Source of the DNA: Vulcanimicrobiota bacterium
GTDB taxonomy: Bacteria > Vulcanimicrobiota > Xenobia > Xenobiales > JADMJV01
Direction: 5' to 3'
Assembly: GCA_050250895.1 (NCBI GenBank)
Contig: JBFWNU010000001.1
Span: forward strand, 3,012,891-3,076,890
Length of the DNA stretch: 64,000 bases
Part shown: in pieces, positions 18,985 through 28,018 of the stretch
Layout: every line of letters begins with the position of its first letter
How positions within the stretch are numbered: position 1 is the stretch's first letter
Made by a program: the position numbers and the translations under genes
Notes under the pieces: generated by a model
Databases searched by the model: none
What the model saw: only the letters and a program-made list of their open reading frames with translations
Told to the model about the DNA's origin: nothing

Positions 18985-20019
18985 GTGAACAATCTGGAGT
19001 TGAAGCCCCCCACCTTCCTCAGCACCTTTATGGCCTGCAACACCTGCCTGGTCATGCTAGCCTGTTGGGGAGCCGTGCCGTTTCTGGCTTCGGGGGCCTA
19101 CTGGGGGCAGACCCAGCGACCCGACTTATTGGGCTTGGTCGCGGTGGTGTGCCTGGTGTTGCCCTTGCTTTTCATGTGGCTCTTCCAGGTCGAGGACCGC
19201 TATTGCGTAGAGCAGGGTCACCTTCGCTTTTGCCGGCGCTTTCTGGGGCTTCGCGGTAGCCAGGATGTGGTCCGACTCGACCAGTTGACCACGCTGGTGG
19301 AAGAGCCCAGAAATTCAAATCACTGCCGGTTTCATGTCTTCACTAGCGACGGGCGCAAGCTAGCCATCCACGATATGCCCAAGGAGCCCTACTCGGAGGT
19401 GAAGGCTTTCGGTGCCCGCCTGGGTGAGGCCCTGGGCGTGCCTTTTGTAGCCAGCGGCGAGGATGTGGCCGGCTGGGCCTCGATCCGGCGCGGGGCCGAG
19501 AGCGGGCAACTGATTCTCGACCCCACCACCACGCCCGAGCGAATCCTGGGCGGCGGCGGATGCCTGTGCTTGACGGTGAGCCTGGCTTGCCTATTTGTGT
19601 CGCCGCTGTTTGTTGTGGCGGCTCTGCCCGGCATGTTCTTGCTGTTTCTGGCTCGTCACCTAGACGAATACTACCTGCTCGACTTTGGCGGCGGGAGGTT
19701 CGTCTTTGTGCGCGTTTTCTTCGGCTTCGAGTCGCGCCGGGAGGTCTGTCGCCTGAGCGACTTCGAGGCGTTGGTGGTCGAGTCCAGGCTCTCACGGGGC
19801 AAGAACACGGTGGACTGGTACTACGGGCTGACCCTGCTGACGCAGCAGCGCAAATACCGGGTCATCGATCAGAGCGAGTCAAGCCACCAGCGCACCTGCC
19901 GCGAGGCGGCCAAGCTAGCCGAGTTGCTCGATGTCGAGGTCAAGCAGGGCGAGCCCGAGCAGCTGACTCGCATCCTCCCCGGACCGGGCGGCTTTCGGGT
20001 CGAATTCGTGGCGCCTTAG
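18985..20019 (+). CDS. Membrane protein with two tandem 2TM+beta-domain repeats
   Basis: Internal duplication (EDRYCVE..RRFLG / DEYYLLDF..RVFFG); similar to 5974-6639. Confidence 0.65.
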   Translation: MNNLELKPPTFLSTFMACNTCLVMLACWGAVPFLASGAYWGQTQRPDLLGLVAVVCLVLPLLFMWLFQVEDRYCVEQGHLRFCRRFLGLRGSQDVVRLDQLTTLVEEPRNSNHCRFHVFTSDGRKLAIHDMPKEPYSEVKAFGARLGEALGVPFVASGEDVAGWASIRRGAESGQLILDPTTTPERILGGGGCLCLTVSLACLFVSPLFVVAALPGMFLLFLARHLDEYYLLDFGGGRFVFVRVFFGFESRREVCRLSDFEALVVESRLSRGKNTVDWYYGLTLLTQQRKYRVIDQSESSHQRTCREAAKLAELLDVEVKQGEPEQLTRILPGPGGFRVEFVAP

Positions 20020-20231
20020 CTGGCCTTCCGGGCCGGGCGACTCGCCCGGTCCGAGGCGTGTTCCACCCTTTAGGGGCTGACGGTGATAGTCACTCTGGCC
20101 GGTTACGGCGTCGTAGGCTGGGACGGGTTGGCTCGAAGTCGAGCCGGCTTGTATCGCTTGCGTTCCAGGCTGCGGCCGGGTATGGTTCTGGGCAACAGGA
20201 AAGCGGGCCGGGTATAGGCAAGGTGGTCAAG

Positions 20232-20471
20232 GTGAGATGGGACTTACCCCAGAGTCAAAAACCCCCCGAAACCGTCAGCCAGAGATTGGCCGTGGCCCTT
20301 TCGCTCTTTGAGGACGGAGTGGCCATGATGCGGGCCAATCTGCGCCGGCAGCATCCCGACTACACCGAGGCAGAGGTCGAGCAGGCTCTCGAAGCCTGGC
20401 TGCTTACCCGACCAGGCGCCGAACACGGCGACGGAGTAGGAGTCAAGCGCGAGTTTGACCCCTCTAGCTGA
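20232..20471 (+). CDS. MenA1 (Rv0078B)-like antitoxin
   Basis: QRLAVALSLFEDGVAMMRANLRRQHP...VEQALEAWLLTRPGAEHGD closely resembles Rv0078B as recalled; overlaps the toxin start; GTG start uncertain. Confidence 0.8.
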   Translation: MRWDLPQSQKPPETVSQRLAVALSLFEDGVAMMRANLRRQHPDYTEAEVEQALEAWLLTRPGAEHGDGVGVKREFDPSS

Positions 20472-21036
20472 GAGCCTCGGTCGGGCTACTCGAGTGCTCG
20501 ACTCTTTAAAACTGAGCTATGCCCTGGTGGGCGGTCTGGCCATCGGCGCCCTGCTAGAGCCGCGCTTTACTCGTGATGTCGATCTGGTGGTCGGCGTGGC
20601 CACCGACCGCGAAGCCGAGAGGGTGGCCAGAGCGTTCTTGTCTGAGGGCTTCGAACTCGACTCACTGTTGCAGAACTCTAGCCTGGACTGCGTTGCCACA
20701 GCCCGCCTGTTTTCACCGGTCGTTCCCCGTCATTACGTCGATTTGCTTTTCGCGACCTGCGGCCTCGAGCCCGAAATTGCGGCCCGAGCCAGGCCGAGCG
20801 AGCCGTTCCCCGGACAACAGGTACCGGTGGCCCGGTTGGGCGACCTGATTGCCATGAAGGTTCTCGCCCGTGACGATCAAAGCCGTCCTCAGGACCGGGT
20901 CGACCTGGTGAATCTGCTGGCCGTGGCCGACGCCGAGGACCTGGCTCTGGCCCGCGAGGCCTGCCGCCTCATCCAAAGCCGCGGGTTTGGCAGAGGGCGG
21001 GATCTGGTCGGCGAACTGGCAGCGCTGCAGGGTTAG
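20455..21036 (+). CDS. MenT1 (Rv0078A)-like nucleotidyltransferase toxin
   Basis: ALVGGLA..EPRFTRDVD, VDLLFATCGLEPEI, LIAMKVLARDD..RPQDRVDL, RGFGRGRDL. Confidence 0.88.
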   Translation: MTPLAESLGRATRVLDSLKLSYALVGGLAIGALLEPRFTRDVDLVVGVATDREAERVARAFLSEGFELDSLLQNSSLDCVATARLFSPVVPRHYVDLLFATCGLEPEIAARARPSEPFPGQQVPVARLGDLIAMKVLARDDQSRPQDRVDLVNLLAVADAEDLALAREACRLIQSRGFGRGRDLVGELAALQG

Positions 21037-21069
21037 ACTTCCGCGGAACCCCGCGACCCCCGCGGTTAA

Positions 21070-23883
21070 TTATTGCTGCCCCTCGGCGCTGACCAGGCCC
21101 GAGCCGTCGAGTTGAGCGCGCAGGCGGGCCACGATGCGATCGTGGAGGTGGTCGGTGTCTTGAGTGGGGTCGTCGAGTGGGAAGACCAGGCTCTGGCCGT
21201 CGCTGGTCTTGAGGCCAAGGCTCAAGCCGTCGGCGGCGAAGTGGAGTTCTTTCACCGGTTTGGGGCTAAACAGCGGTGGTGAGACGGGCACGCCGGTGCG
21301 CGCCTCCCAGATGCGCACGCTCGAAGGGCCGCGCGAGACGCGCGAGGCGGTGGCCAGCCACTGGCTGCGGGGGCCGAAGGCCAGGGCCTCGACCGCCCCC
21401 TCGTGGGGGATGGGCTGGCCCACCTGAGAACCGTCGCGGGCCAGCCAGACCCGAGCCGTGCGATCTTGCGAGGCAGTAGCCAACAGGCGTCCGTCGGGGC
21501 TGACGGCCACATCGTTGATGGTCACGTGGGGCCCGTGGGTGATGGTGTGGCCGGCCACCATCAGGTGGTCGCCGTCGAGAATCTCGGGGTCGGCCGGATG
21601 CGGTGGCGCGGCCGGTAGAGGGCCGGGCTGGGGCGAATGGACGATCCAGCTTCGGGCCAGTCCCTGATAGAGCGAGGTCACCCGCAGGCCGCTGCCCGAG
21701 GCGGTCACCACCAGGCCACCGTTGGGATGGAAGAGCACCTGGTTGACGGGGCCGTCGTGGGGCCAGTCGGGAGTCAGCGGCTGGTGGGTGTCCACATCCC
21801 AGACCCGGCCTGTTCCGTTGGGCTCGGTGGTGGACCAGAGCACGTTCTTTTCGGCGGTTCCCACGGCCAGCTCGTGGCCGCCGGGGTCAAACGAAAGGGT
21901 GCGCACCGGACGCCGGTGAGGCAGGTAGTCGCTGGCGTTGGGCACCGTGTCGGGGCTGCCGTCGGAGTGCCACAGACTGACGTTGCCGTCATCACCGGCG
22001 CTGGCTAGCAGGTCGCCAGTGGGGCTGAAGGCCACCGCATTGACTCCGGCGCCGTGAGCCATGGTGTGCAGCAAAGTGCCGGTGCTGGTGTCCCACAGCT
22101 TGACGGTGCGATCGTCAGCAGCGGTGGCCAGCAGCTTGCCATCGGGAGAAAAGCGCAGGTCGTTGATCTCGTCGGCGTGGCCCAGGGGAGGGGTGGCCCG
22201 CTGGCCGGTGGCCACCTTCCAGATGACCGCTTGATCGACTTCGGCCAGACCCGCCAGGTACTGGCCGGAGGGGTCGAAAGCCAGGTGTTGCTCGTAGAAT
22301 CCCGTTTCGTGGTCGAGAGGTATTCGTTGGCCATCGAGGGTCCACAGCCGCACGCTGCCGTCTTCGCCGCCGGTGGCGATGTGGTCGGCACTCACGGCTA
22401 GGGCCACCAGTCCGGGCAGGCTCTGGTCGTTGCGATGGTCGAGGGTAAACAGCGTCTGACCGCTGCTGAGTTGGTAGGCCCTGGCGGTCCCGTCCCAGGA
22501 GGCCGAGAGCAGGCGCTCGCTGTCGAGGAAGGCGACCGCTTGCACGCGGCCCTGGTGCTTGAAGGTGTGCAGTTTGCGTCCGCTGGCGGCCTCCCATACA
22601 CCCACCGTCGAGTCGGCCGAGGCGGTGGCCAGCAGCCTTCCGTCGGGTGAGTAGGCTACAGCGATGACCTCGTCGTCGTGGGGGTAGGTCATCTGGATCG
22701 GCATAAACGACAGCCGCGCCAGCGTGGAGCGGTCCCAGCGGTATTTAAGCGCCTCGAGCCAGTGCAGATAGGCCTCTTCGGTGCGACCGGACTCGAGCGA
22801 GTGCAGCCCTGTTTCGACATCCGAGGCAAACCTGTTATAACGCGACTCCATCAGCAGGTAGTAGCCGGCCACCAGAGTCAGCAAAAGCCCCACCACCACC
22901 AGCTGGATCTCGCGCCGGGCCAGGGCGGTGCGGGCCAGGTAGGCGGCCGTCCAGGGACGCTTGCAGTGGAGCGGCTCCTTGCGGTCACGGCGCTGCAGGT
23001 CTTCGAGCACGTCCTGCATCGACTGATAGCGGCGGGCCGGGTCGGGGCGCAGGCAGGCCTCGATGATGGTGGCCAGCTGCCAATCGACGGCCGGATTGTG
23101 CTCGCGAATGGGCACCAGCCGGTTGTTCTTGAGGCATTCGACGTAAGCCTGAAGTCGCTCCTGAGTGTTGGAGAGTTCGGACATGCGCTGGTCGTCGCCG
23201 TCGGCGATGCGGGGCCGCTGGCCGGTGAGCAGCCAGTAGGCAGCGGCTCCAAAGCCGTAGACATCCCAGCCCACCGAGGGGGTCACCTTCTTGCCGGCCA
23301 GACACTGTTCGGGAGCCATGTAGCCGATGGTGCCCCAGGCGCCGTCGTCCGAGAAACTACGGCGGGATTGGCCAAAGTCGCCCAGGCGGATGCTCTCGGC
23401 TCCCGAGAGGTAAATATTGGAGGGCTTGACATCGCAGTGGATGACGCCTTTGGAGTGGATGTAGGCCAGCGCTTCGGCCAGCTGGCGAATCCAGACGATG
23501 GCTCGGCCCACCTCGGGACGCTCGTTCTGATCGAGCGAGCCTCCTTCGACCAGGGGAGTGACGATGTAGGGAGGGGTATGGTTGAGATCGGCGTCGAGCA
23601 CCGTCAGGGTGTAGGGATGGTCTTCGAGGTCGCGCAGAAAGTCGAGTTCGTGCTTGAAGTGTTCCCAGTTGAGGAGCTGCTCGTGCAAGACCAGCTTGAT
23701 GGCCACCCGCTGGCCGGTTTGTTGGCGCTCGGCCTCCCACACCACGCCGAAGCTGCCGTGGCCGATCTGGCGCCTCAGACGATACCCCGGAATGTCGACC
23801 GCGGTGGCGTCTTGCGAGGCCTTGCGCAGCTCCTCCTGACTGGTCAGGGACATTCCCAGGGTATCCTGGAAGCGTGGCTCCAT
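21070..23883 (-). CDS. Ser/Thr protein kinase with TM and WD40 repeats
   Basis: GHGSFGVV, VAIK, HCDVKPSN, DFG, YMAPE, DVYGFG; TM; many FSPDG..LATA..D..VxxW repeats. Confidence 0.92.
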   Translation of the reverse strand: MEPRFQDTLGMSLTSQEELRKASQDATAVDIPGYRLRRQIGHGSFGVVWEAERQQTGQRVAIKLVLHEQLLNWEHFKHELDFLRDLEDHPYTLTVLDADLNHTPPYIVTPLVEGGSLDQNERPEVGRAIVWIRQLAEALAYIHSKGVIHCDVKPSNIYLSGAESIRLGDFGQSRRSFSDDGAWGTIGYMAPEQCLAGKKVTPSVGWDVYGFGAAAYWLLTGQRPRIADGDDQRMSELSNTQERLQAYVECLKNNRLVPIREHNPAVDWQLATIIEACLRPDPARRYQSMQDVLEDLQRRDRKEPLHCKRPWTAAYLARTALARREIQLVVVGLLLTLVAGYYLLMESRYNRFASDVETGLHSLESGRTEEAYLHWLEALKYRWDRSTLARLSFMPIQMTYPHDDEVIAVAYSPDGRLLATASADSTVGVWEAASGRKLHTFKHQGRVQAVAFLDSERLLSASWDGTARAYQLSSGQTLFTLDHRNDQSLPGLVALAVSADHIATGGEDGSVRLWTLDGQRIPLDHETGFYEQHLAFDPSGQYLAGLAEVDQAVIWKVATGQRATPPLGHADEINDLRFSPDGKLLATAADDRTVKLWDTSTGTLLHTMAHGAGVNAVAFSPTGDLLASAGDDGNVSLWHSDGSPDTVPNASDYLPHRRPVRTLSFDPGGHELAVGTAEKNVLWSTTEPNGTGRVWDVDTHQPLTPDWPHDGPVNQVLFHPNGGLVVTASGSGLRVTSLYQGLARSWIVHSPQPGPLPAAPPHPADPEILDGDHLMVAGHTITHGPHVTINDVAVSPDGRLLATASQDRTARVWLARDGSQVGQPIPHEGAVEALAFGPRSQWLATASRVSRGPSSVRIWEARTGVPVSPPLFSPKPVKELHFAADGLSLGLKTSDGQSLVFPLDDPTQDTDHLHDRIVARLRAQLDGSGLVSAEGQQ

Positions 23884-25097
23884 CAGGGTCCTGCCATGGG
23901 GATCTCTTCTTGGCGCACGCGCTTGCCCCAGTCGGCCAGCACGTTGAGCAGTTCCCACTGGCCGGCCAGGGGCCAGACCCCCGTTTGATAACCTTCATCC
24001 AGACGGTCGACCACGACTCCCCAGGGCATATCCATCAGCGGTTTGAAATAGCGATTGAGCTGCTTGTCCGACAATCCCAGGGCCAGCACCAGTTTGCTCG
24101 AGGACAGGCTGCCGGTGCCGTAGCGGCGGTCTTCATACCAGGCCACTACCCCGGCACAAGCGTGAAAAAAACGAGTCAGGCGCTGACCGTGCACGTCGCG
24201 ACCTCGCGGCACCGGCAATTCTTCGGGATTGGCTCCGTCCTGGACCACCTGTTTGGTCCATTCGACGGCGTCGTTGAGATAGTCACCCAGCACCAGCAAT
24301 TCCTCGAGCCATTTGCCAGCCGCTCGGGTGGTCTTCTCGCCCCAGCGGTCGGCCTCGAGACAGTCGGCAAAGAGCGAGCGCAACTCGACCACGTCTTTGT
24401 GGCCGTCAAAGCGGCGCCAGGCCAGCGGCAGCCCGCCGTCCAGCGCTTCCCGGTCGTCGCGCTTGACCGCGTCCATCGCGGCAAGCCAGGCGTCCTTGTC
24501 GACCACGATGGCCTGCAGGTCGATGACCTCGGCCAGGCGTTGGCGATACATCTCCAGGGCCGGGCCCCACGAGGTGGCCGGGTTCTGGCTGATAATGCCT
24601 CCCAACACCCGCGAGCACGACTCGACCAGTTCGCGGTCTTTGCGCCCCTTGACCTGGCCTACTTCACCCTCGGCCCGGGTCGAATCACGCATGGCCAGCA
24701 GAAAGCCCATGAAGGTCTGGGCGTAGGCGTCGTTGGCAAACGAGGATGCGTCCATGCTGTAGACGGCAAAGCCGAACGGATGAAAGCGGTCGCGGCCGAA
24801 CATGCGGGCGATGAAAACGGCCCCGTGCAAGAGTCCGCGGGGGTCGCGGCCGCGCAGGGTCTCGGACATGGGAACGTACTGATAGTCTTCTTCGAAGCGA
24901 CAGTCGATGAGGACCAGGTCGGGCTCGGTGGAGGGAAAGAGATTCTCGCTCCACAGACGCAGATGCTGGGCCCAGGTGCCCAAGGACGGGTCGAGTTCGC
25001 CTTCGCGATAAGGAACCTGTTGAATTTCGAGATGTTGGGTTTCGAGTTCGGTGACCGGACGGTCATCCACCAGCATGAGCCTGAGCTTTCTGGCCAA
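23883..25097 (-). CDS. Atypical response regulator (divergent REC plus AraC-like HTH)
   Basis: LRLMLVDD, PDLVLIDCRF, FAVYS receiver motifs; C-terminal LVLALGLSDKQLNRYFKPLMDM HTH. Confidence 0.55.
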   Translation of the reverse strand: MARKLRLMLVDDRPVTELETQHLEIQQVPYREGELDPSLGTWAQHLRLWSENLFPSTEPDLVLIDCRFEEDYQYVPMSETLRGRDPRGLLHGAVFIARMFGRDRFHPFGFAVYSMDASSFANDAYAQTFMGFLLAMRDSTRAEGEVGQVKGRKDRELVESCSRVLGGIISQNPATSWGPALEMYRQRLAEVIDLQAIVVDKDAWLAAMDAVKRDDREALDGGLPLAWRRFDGHKDVVELRSLFADCLEADRWGEKTTRAAGKWLEELLVLGDYLNDAVEWTKQVVQDGANPEELPVPRGRDVHGQRLTRFFHACAGVVAWYEDRRYGTGSLSSSKLVLALGLSDKQLNRYFKPLMDMPWGVVVDRLDEGYQTGVWPLAGQWELLNVLADWGKRVRQEEIPMAGP

Positions 25098-26721
25098 GGC
25101 AAGTCCTCCATTCGGCTACCAGCCGGCCCCAGTGAAAGGTCCAGCGGTGTCGGATTCTTACGATATGGGAAAGGCTGGTCGGCCCCAGCAGCTCGACCGG
25201 GTGGGTTTCGACCAGCCCGCGCACCAGCGTATCTTCCAACGAACGAATGCGGTCGAGGCTGCGCGAGCGCGGAATCTGCCCGTCGCCGGTGGTGACCACC
25301 GGCTGCTCGATGACCACGCTGGCCTGTCCCGGCAGATTTTCACAGCCAATGATGACGGCTCGCTCGCCGGCTTCTAACTCCGAGAGCTCGCGACGGTCTT
25401 CGCGCCCGGCCCCCCGGGCTTCGGGATACTTGCGCAGGTTGCTCAACATTTCGATTAGACCCACCGTCAGCGCCAGGGTTTTGTCAAACAGCACGGGGTT
25501 ATCGCGCAGGGGGGGAAGACCCTGAAAGGGAGCGTCGGCCGGAGGTTGACCGTCGATGGTCCACTCCAGGAAGGGAGGCTCTTCGCCGCCGGCCCAGGCG
25601 TGGCCCACCAGCCCGCGCAGCCGCTCGACGATCACCGCTCCCAGGTCATCCCGTTCGGCCCAGTCGGGGTCGATCCAGTTGCGTAGCAGATCGTGCCACT
25701 CTTGCTCGCCCCGCTTCTTATGCAGCGAGATGGCCTGGGAGATGCCCCAGATGGGCAGCAGGTTCTCGAGCACCCGCTTGATATCGGGCGGAGCCTGGCC
25801 GCCCGACCACAGCTTGAGCGCTCCCGAGGTCTTGAACAGCGTGCCCACATGGTGCCCAAAAACTCCCAGCAGCGAGCTGTACTGGGCGGCCGCCTCGACC
25901 ACCAGGTGATGACCCACCAGCTCGGCCACCACGTCCACGATGGCGGCCACTTCCTCTAAGGTCTCGCGGGCCAGATAGCTCTCGCCAAAGGCGCACAAGA
26001 CAAACGATGTGCCCTCGAGCCCGGTCACCGGACTGGCCACCGCCCACGAGGAGCGGGCGCACAGGGTCTGGTCGGTGGGACCGGCCGTGTCTTCCCACAC
26101 GAAGGTCACGGTCGAGTTCTGCTCGAGGGCTTTCTGCAGCAGCTGGATATCGATCTCGGGCTCGCCCTCTTTGTCGAGCACGTCGAAGGTGGCCGCTCCC
26201 CGATGCACCTGCACGAAGGCCTGGCGTTCGACATCGGGCAGAATCTCGCGCACCACCGGAAAGGCCACCCTCCAGGGAGCCCCTCCGCCGGCTTCACCCC
26301 GCAGGGCCTCGAGCAGATGCAGGACGGCTCCGAAGCAATCCTCGAGACGCCTGAGCCGGGCTCGCTCCTTGGCCTGGCGGGCCAGGGTGAACTGCACGGT
26401 GGCGGCCGGCGCCCGCAGAATCGAGCCAAATTGCGTCTTGCCGCTAAAGAAGACGCCACCGGCCTCGAGTTCGAACTCGTTTTGTTGCTCGCCCCGATAA
26501 AAGAGCGGATTGCGAGCTCCCTCACAGCGCTTGACCAGCAGGCTGCTGCCTACCCGGTGCAGTTCGAAGTGCTGGCGCGACAGGTGGGGGTCGCCGGCCA
26601 CCGCAATGCGCCCTTGCTCGCGGCGGCCGTCATCGCGCCCGACCACGTAATGCTCGGCGGCGATCACCCACTCGCTGCGCTGGCCCTCGGGGTCGATGGC
26701 GATAAAGACTAGCTCGTCCAC
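25063..26721 (-). CDS. FHA-domain protein with GAF-like and degenerate histidine kinase domains
   Basis: FHA motifs VVGRD, LSRQH, RNP; H-box-like FGHHVGT; N-box-like LIEMLSNLRKY; no G boxes. Confidence 0.6.
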   Translation of the reverse strand: MDELVFIAIDPEGQRSEWVIAAEHYVVGRDDGRREQGRIAVAGDPHLSRQHFELHRVGSSLLVKRCEGARNPLFYRGEQQNEFELEAGGVFFSGKTQFGSILRAPAATVQFTLARQAKERARLRRLEDCFGAVLHLLEALRGEAGGGAPWRVAFPVVREILPDVERQAFVQVHRGAATFDVLDKEGEPEIDIQLLQKALEQNSTVTFVWEDTAGPTDQTLCARSSWAVASPVTGLEGTSFVLCAFGESYLARETLEEVAAIVDVVAELVGHHLVVEAAAQYSSLLGVFGHHVGTLFKTSGALKLWSGGQAPPDIKRVLENLLPIWGISQAISLHKKRGEQEWHDLLRNWIDPDWAERDDLGAVIVERLRGLVGHAWAGGEEPPFLEWTIDGQPPADAPFQGLPPLRDNPVLFDKTLALTVGLIEMLSNLRKYPEARGAGREDRRELSELEAGERAVIIGCENLPGQASVVIEQPVVTTGDGQIPRSRSLDRIRSLEDTLVRGLVETHPVELLGPTSLSHIVRIRHRWTFHWGRLVAEWRTCLGQKAQAHAGG

Positions 26722-26780
26722 CTCAGGACCTTTCGCTCCCCGGGGTGGGAATCCCGGGTGTTCAAGCCGAAGGCGCGGCG

Positions 26781-27173
26781 ATGAAAATTCTCAAGCTAAC
26801 CGTTCTTTTTATGCTCGCTCTTTCGACCCTGGCCCTGGCCAACGACCCGCTGCCCTTCGCCGTCAAACTCGGCGACCAGGCGGCCCAGCGCAAAGAGGGC
26901 GTCGACACCCACGCTGTCTTCGCCGGTCCGGTGGCCTCTAACGCCGTCATGTCGGTCTCGGGCGTCGAGGGTCAGATCATCGTCAACATCTTTCCCGCCC
27001 ACGAGGACGGCACCGTCGACTCGGGCGCCCAGGCCCTCATCCTGCTGTTCGACGCCAAAGCGTCCAAGGCCATCAGCCAGAACATGCAGGGCAAGGCCCC
27101 GGCTGCCGGTTGGTACCTGGCGAACGTCGTCGGAGGGGGCAATACCTCGCGCATCGTTTTCCAGGTGAAATAA
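26781..27173 (+). CDS. Secreted hypothetical protein
   Basis: Signal peptide MKILKLTVLFMLALSTLALA; beta-rich mature domain. Confidence 0.7.
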   Translation: MKILKLTVLFMLALSTLALANDPLPFAVKLGDQAAQRKEGVDTHAVFAGPVASNAVMSVSGVEGQIIVNIFPAHEDGTVDSGAQALILLFDAKASKAISQNMQGKAPAAGWYLANVVGGGNTSRIVFQVK

Positions 27174-27204
27174 AAAGAAAAAGCCCCGGCTTTCGCCGGG
27201 GCGT
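27172..27204. terminator. Intrinsic terminator-like hairpin
   Basis: GCCCCGGC-TTTC-GCCGGGGC preceded by an A-run just after the stop codon. Confidence 0.6.
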
Positions 27205-27310
27205 TAGGTCCAACCATTGCTCATCTCACTGAGGAAACTTTACCGCCCCGGCGTCACAAGAGCGTTAAATCCCTGGTAGGCTCCGGGCCGGCCTTGCCGA
27301 AGTAACCAGC

Positions 27311-27595
27311 ATGAACAGAAGAACTCTCCTTTCCTACCTGCTAATGCTACCTCTGTCTGCTCTGGCGGCTGCCAAGACCGCCCAGGTGAAGCTCAAGATC
27401 TCCGGCGTTAGTTGACCCACCGGGTGAGGCAAGCGCGTCGAAGACGCGCTGATGCGCCTGGATGGCGTAGTAAAGGCAAAACTGATTCGACGGGACCTGG
27501 CCCAGGTGTTCTATGACGCCTCGGTCACCAACCCCGAGAAGATCGTGGCGGACTTCAACAAGACGGGTGGACGCTACCAGGCGGCGCTGACCTGA
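27311..27595 (+). CDS. Exported HMA (MerP/CopZ-like) metal-binding protein with two in-frame TGA at the Cys positions; probable di-selenoprotein
   Basis: Read-through translation MNRRTLLSYLLMLPLSALAAAKTAQVKLKISGVS*PTG*GKRVEDALMRLDGVVKAKLIRRDLAQVFYDASVTNPEKIVADFNKTGGRYQAALT; TGA at 27413 and 27425. Confidence 0.8.
27432..27469 (+). promoter_or_regulatory. Two tandem SECIS-like hairpins
   Basis: AGCGCGTC-GAA-GACGCGCT (27432-27450) and TGCGCC-TGGAT-GGCGTA (27453-27469) downstream of the two TGA codons. Confidence 0.55.
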
Positions 27596-27702
27596 ACTCA
27601 ACTTGTAACCTCTGTAAGTGATCTGTAAGCGGCCTGTCATCGGCTCGTTGGCGAGCCGGGATAAGCTTGACTCACAAGCAAGCACGAAAAGAGGAAAACA
27701 AG

Positions 27703-27975
27703 ATGAAAACTTCGTTCACCACCGCTAATGGCAACACCGTCTACCTGGCCGCCGGCAAAGCCGCCGGCCCCCACCGCGCTGGCGCTGCCGCCGGTTGGGC
27801 CGTCGATGTCGGCAGTGACGGCACCCTCGACGCCGGTCGCGGCCGGGCGGTCGGCGTCGGCCCCAACGGGGCGGCCGCCGTGCACGCCGGCTTTGGCCCC
27901 AACGGGCACGGTGCCCGGGCCATCGCAACCAACGGCGAGACCACCCGCACCTGGTCGCGTTTCGTTCACTCCTAG
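27703..27975 (+). CDS. Small Gly/Ala-rich hypothetical protein
   Basis: GAGGA RBS; repeated G..AV.VGPNG beta-hairpin units. Confidence 0.6.
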   Translation: MKTSFTTANGNTVYLAAGKAAGPHRAGAAAGWAVDVGSDGTLDAGRGRAVGVGPNGAAAVHAGFGPNGHGARAIATNGETTRTWSRFVHS

Positions 27976-28018
27976 ACCCTGACGTTAGCCGCTAGAAAGA
28001 ATGCAGGAGGAAGCCAGA

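Noticed and set aside
19560-20231. Long N-terminal extension of the antitoxin ORF
   Set aside because: Overlaps another gene and a hairpin; only the last 80 aa or so match MenA1.
27311-27595. HMA gene as a simple pseudogene
   Set aside because: Disfavoured though not excluded: both stops are TGA at the Cys positions, the rest is intact and hairpins follow.
27347-27685. Minus-strand 112-aa ORF
   Set aside because: Antisense shadow of the TGA-containing HMA gene; no recognisable motif.
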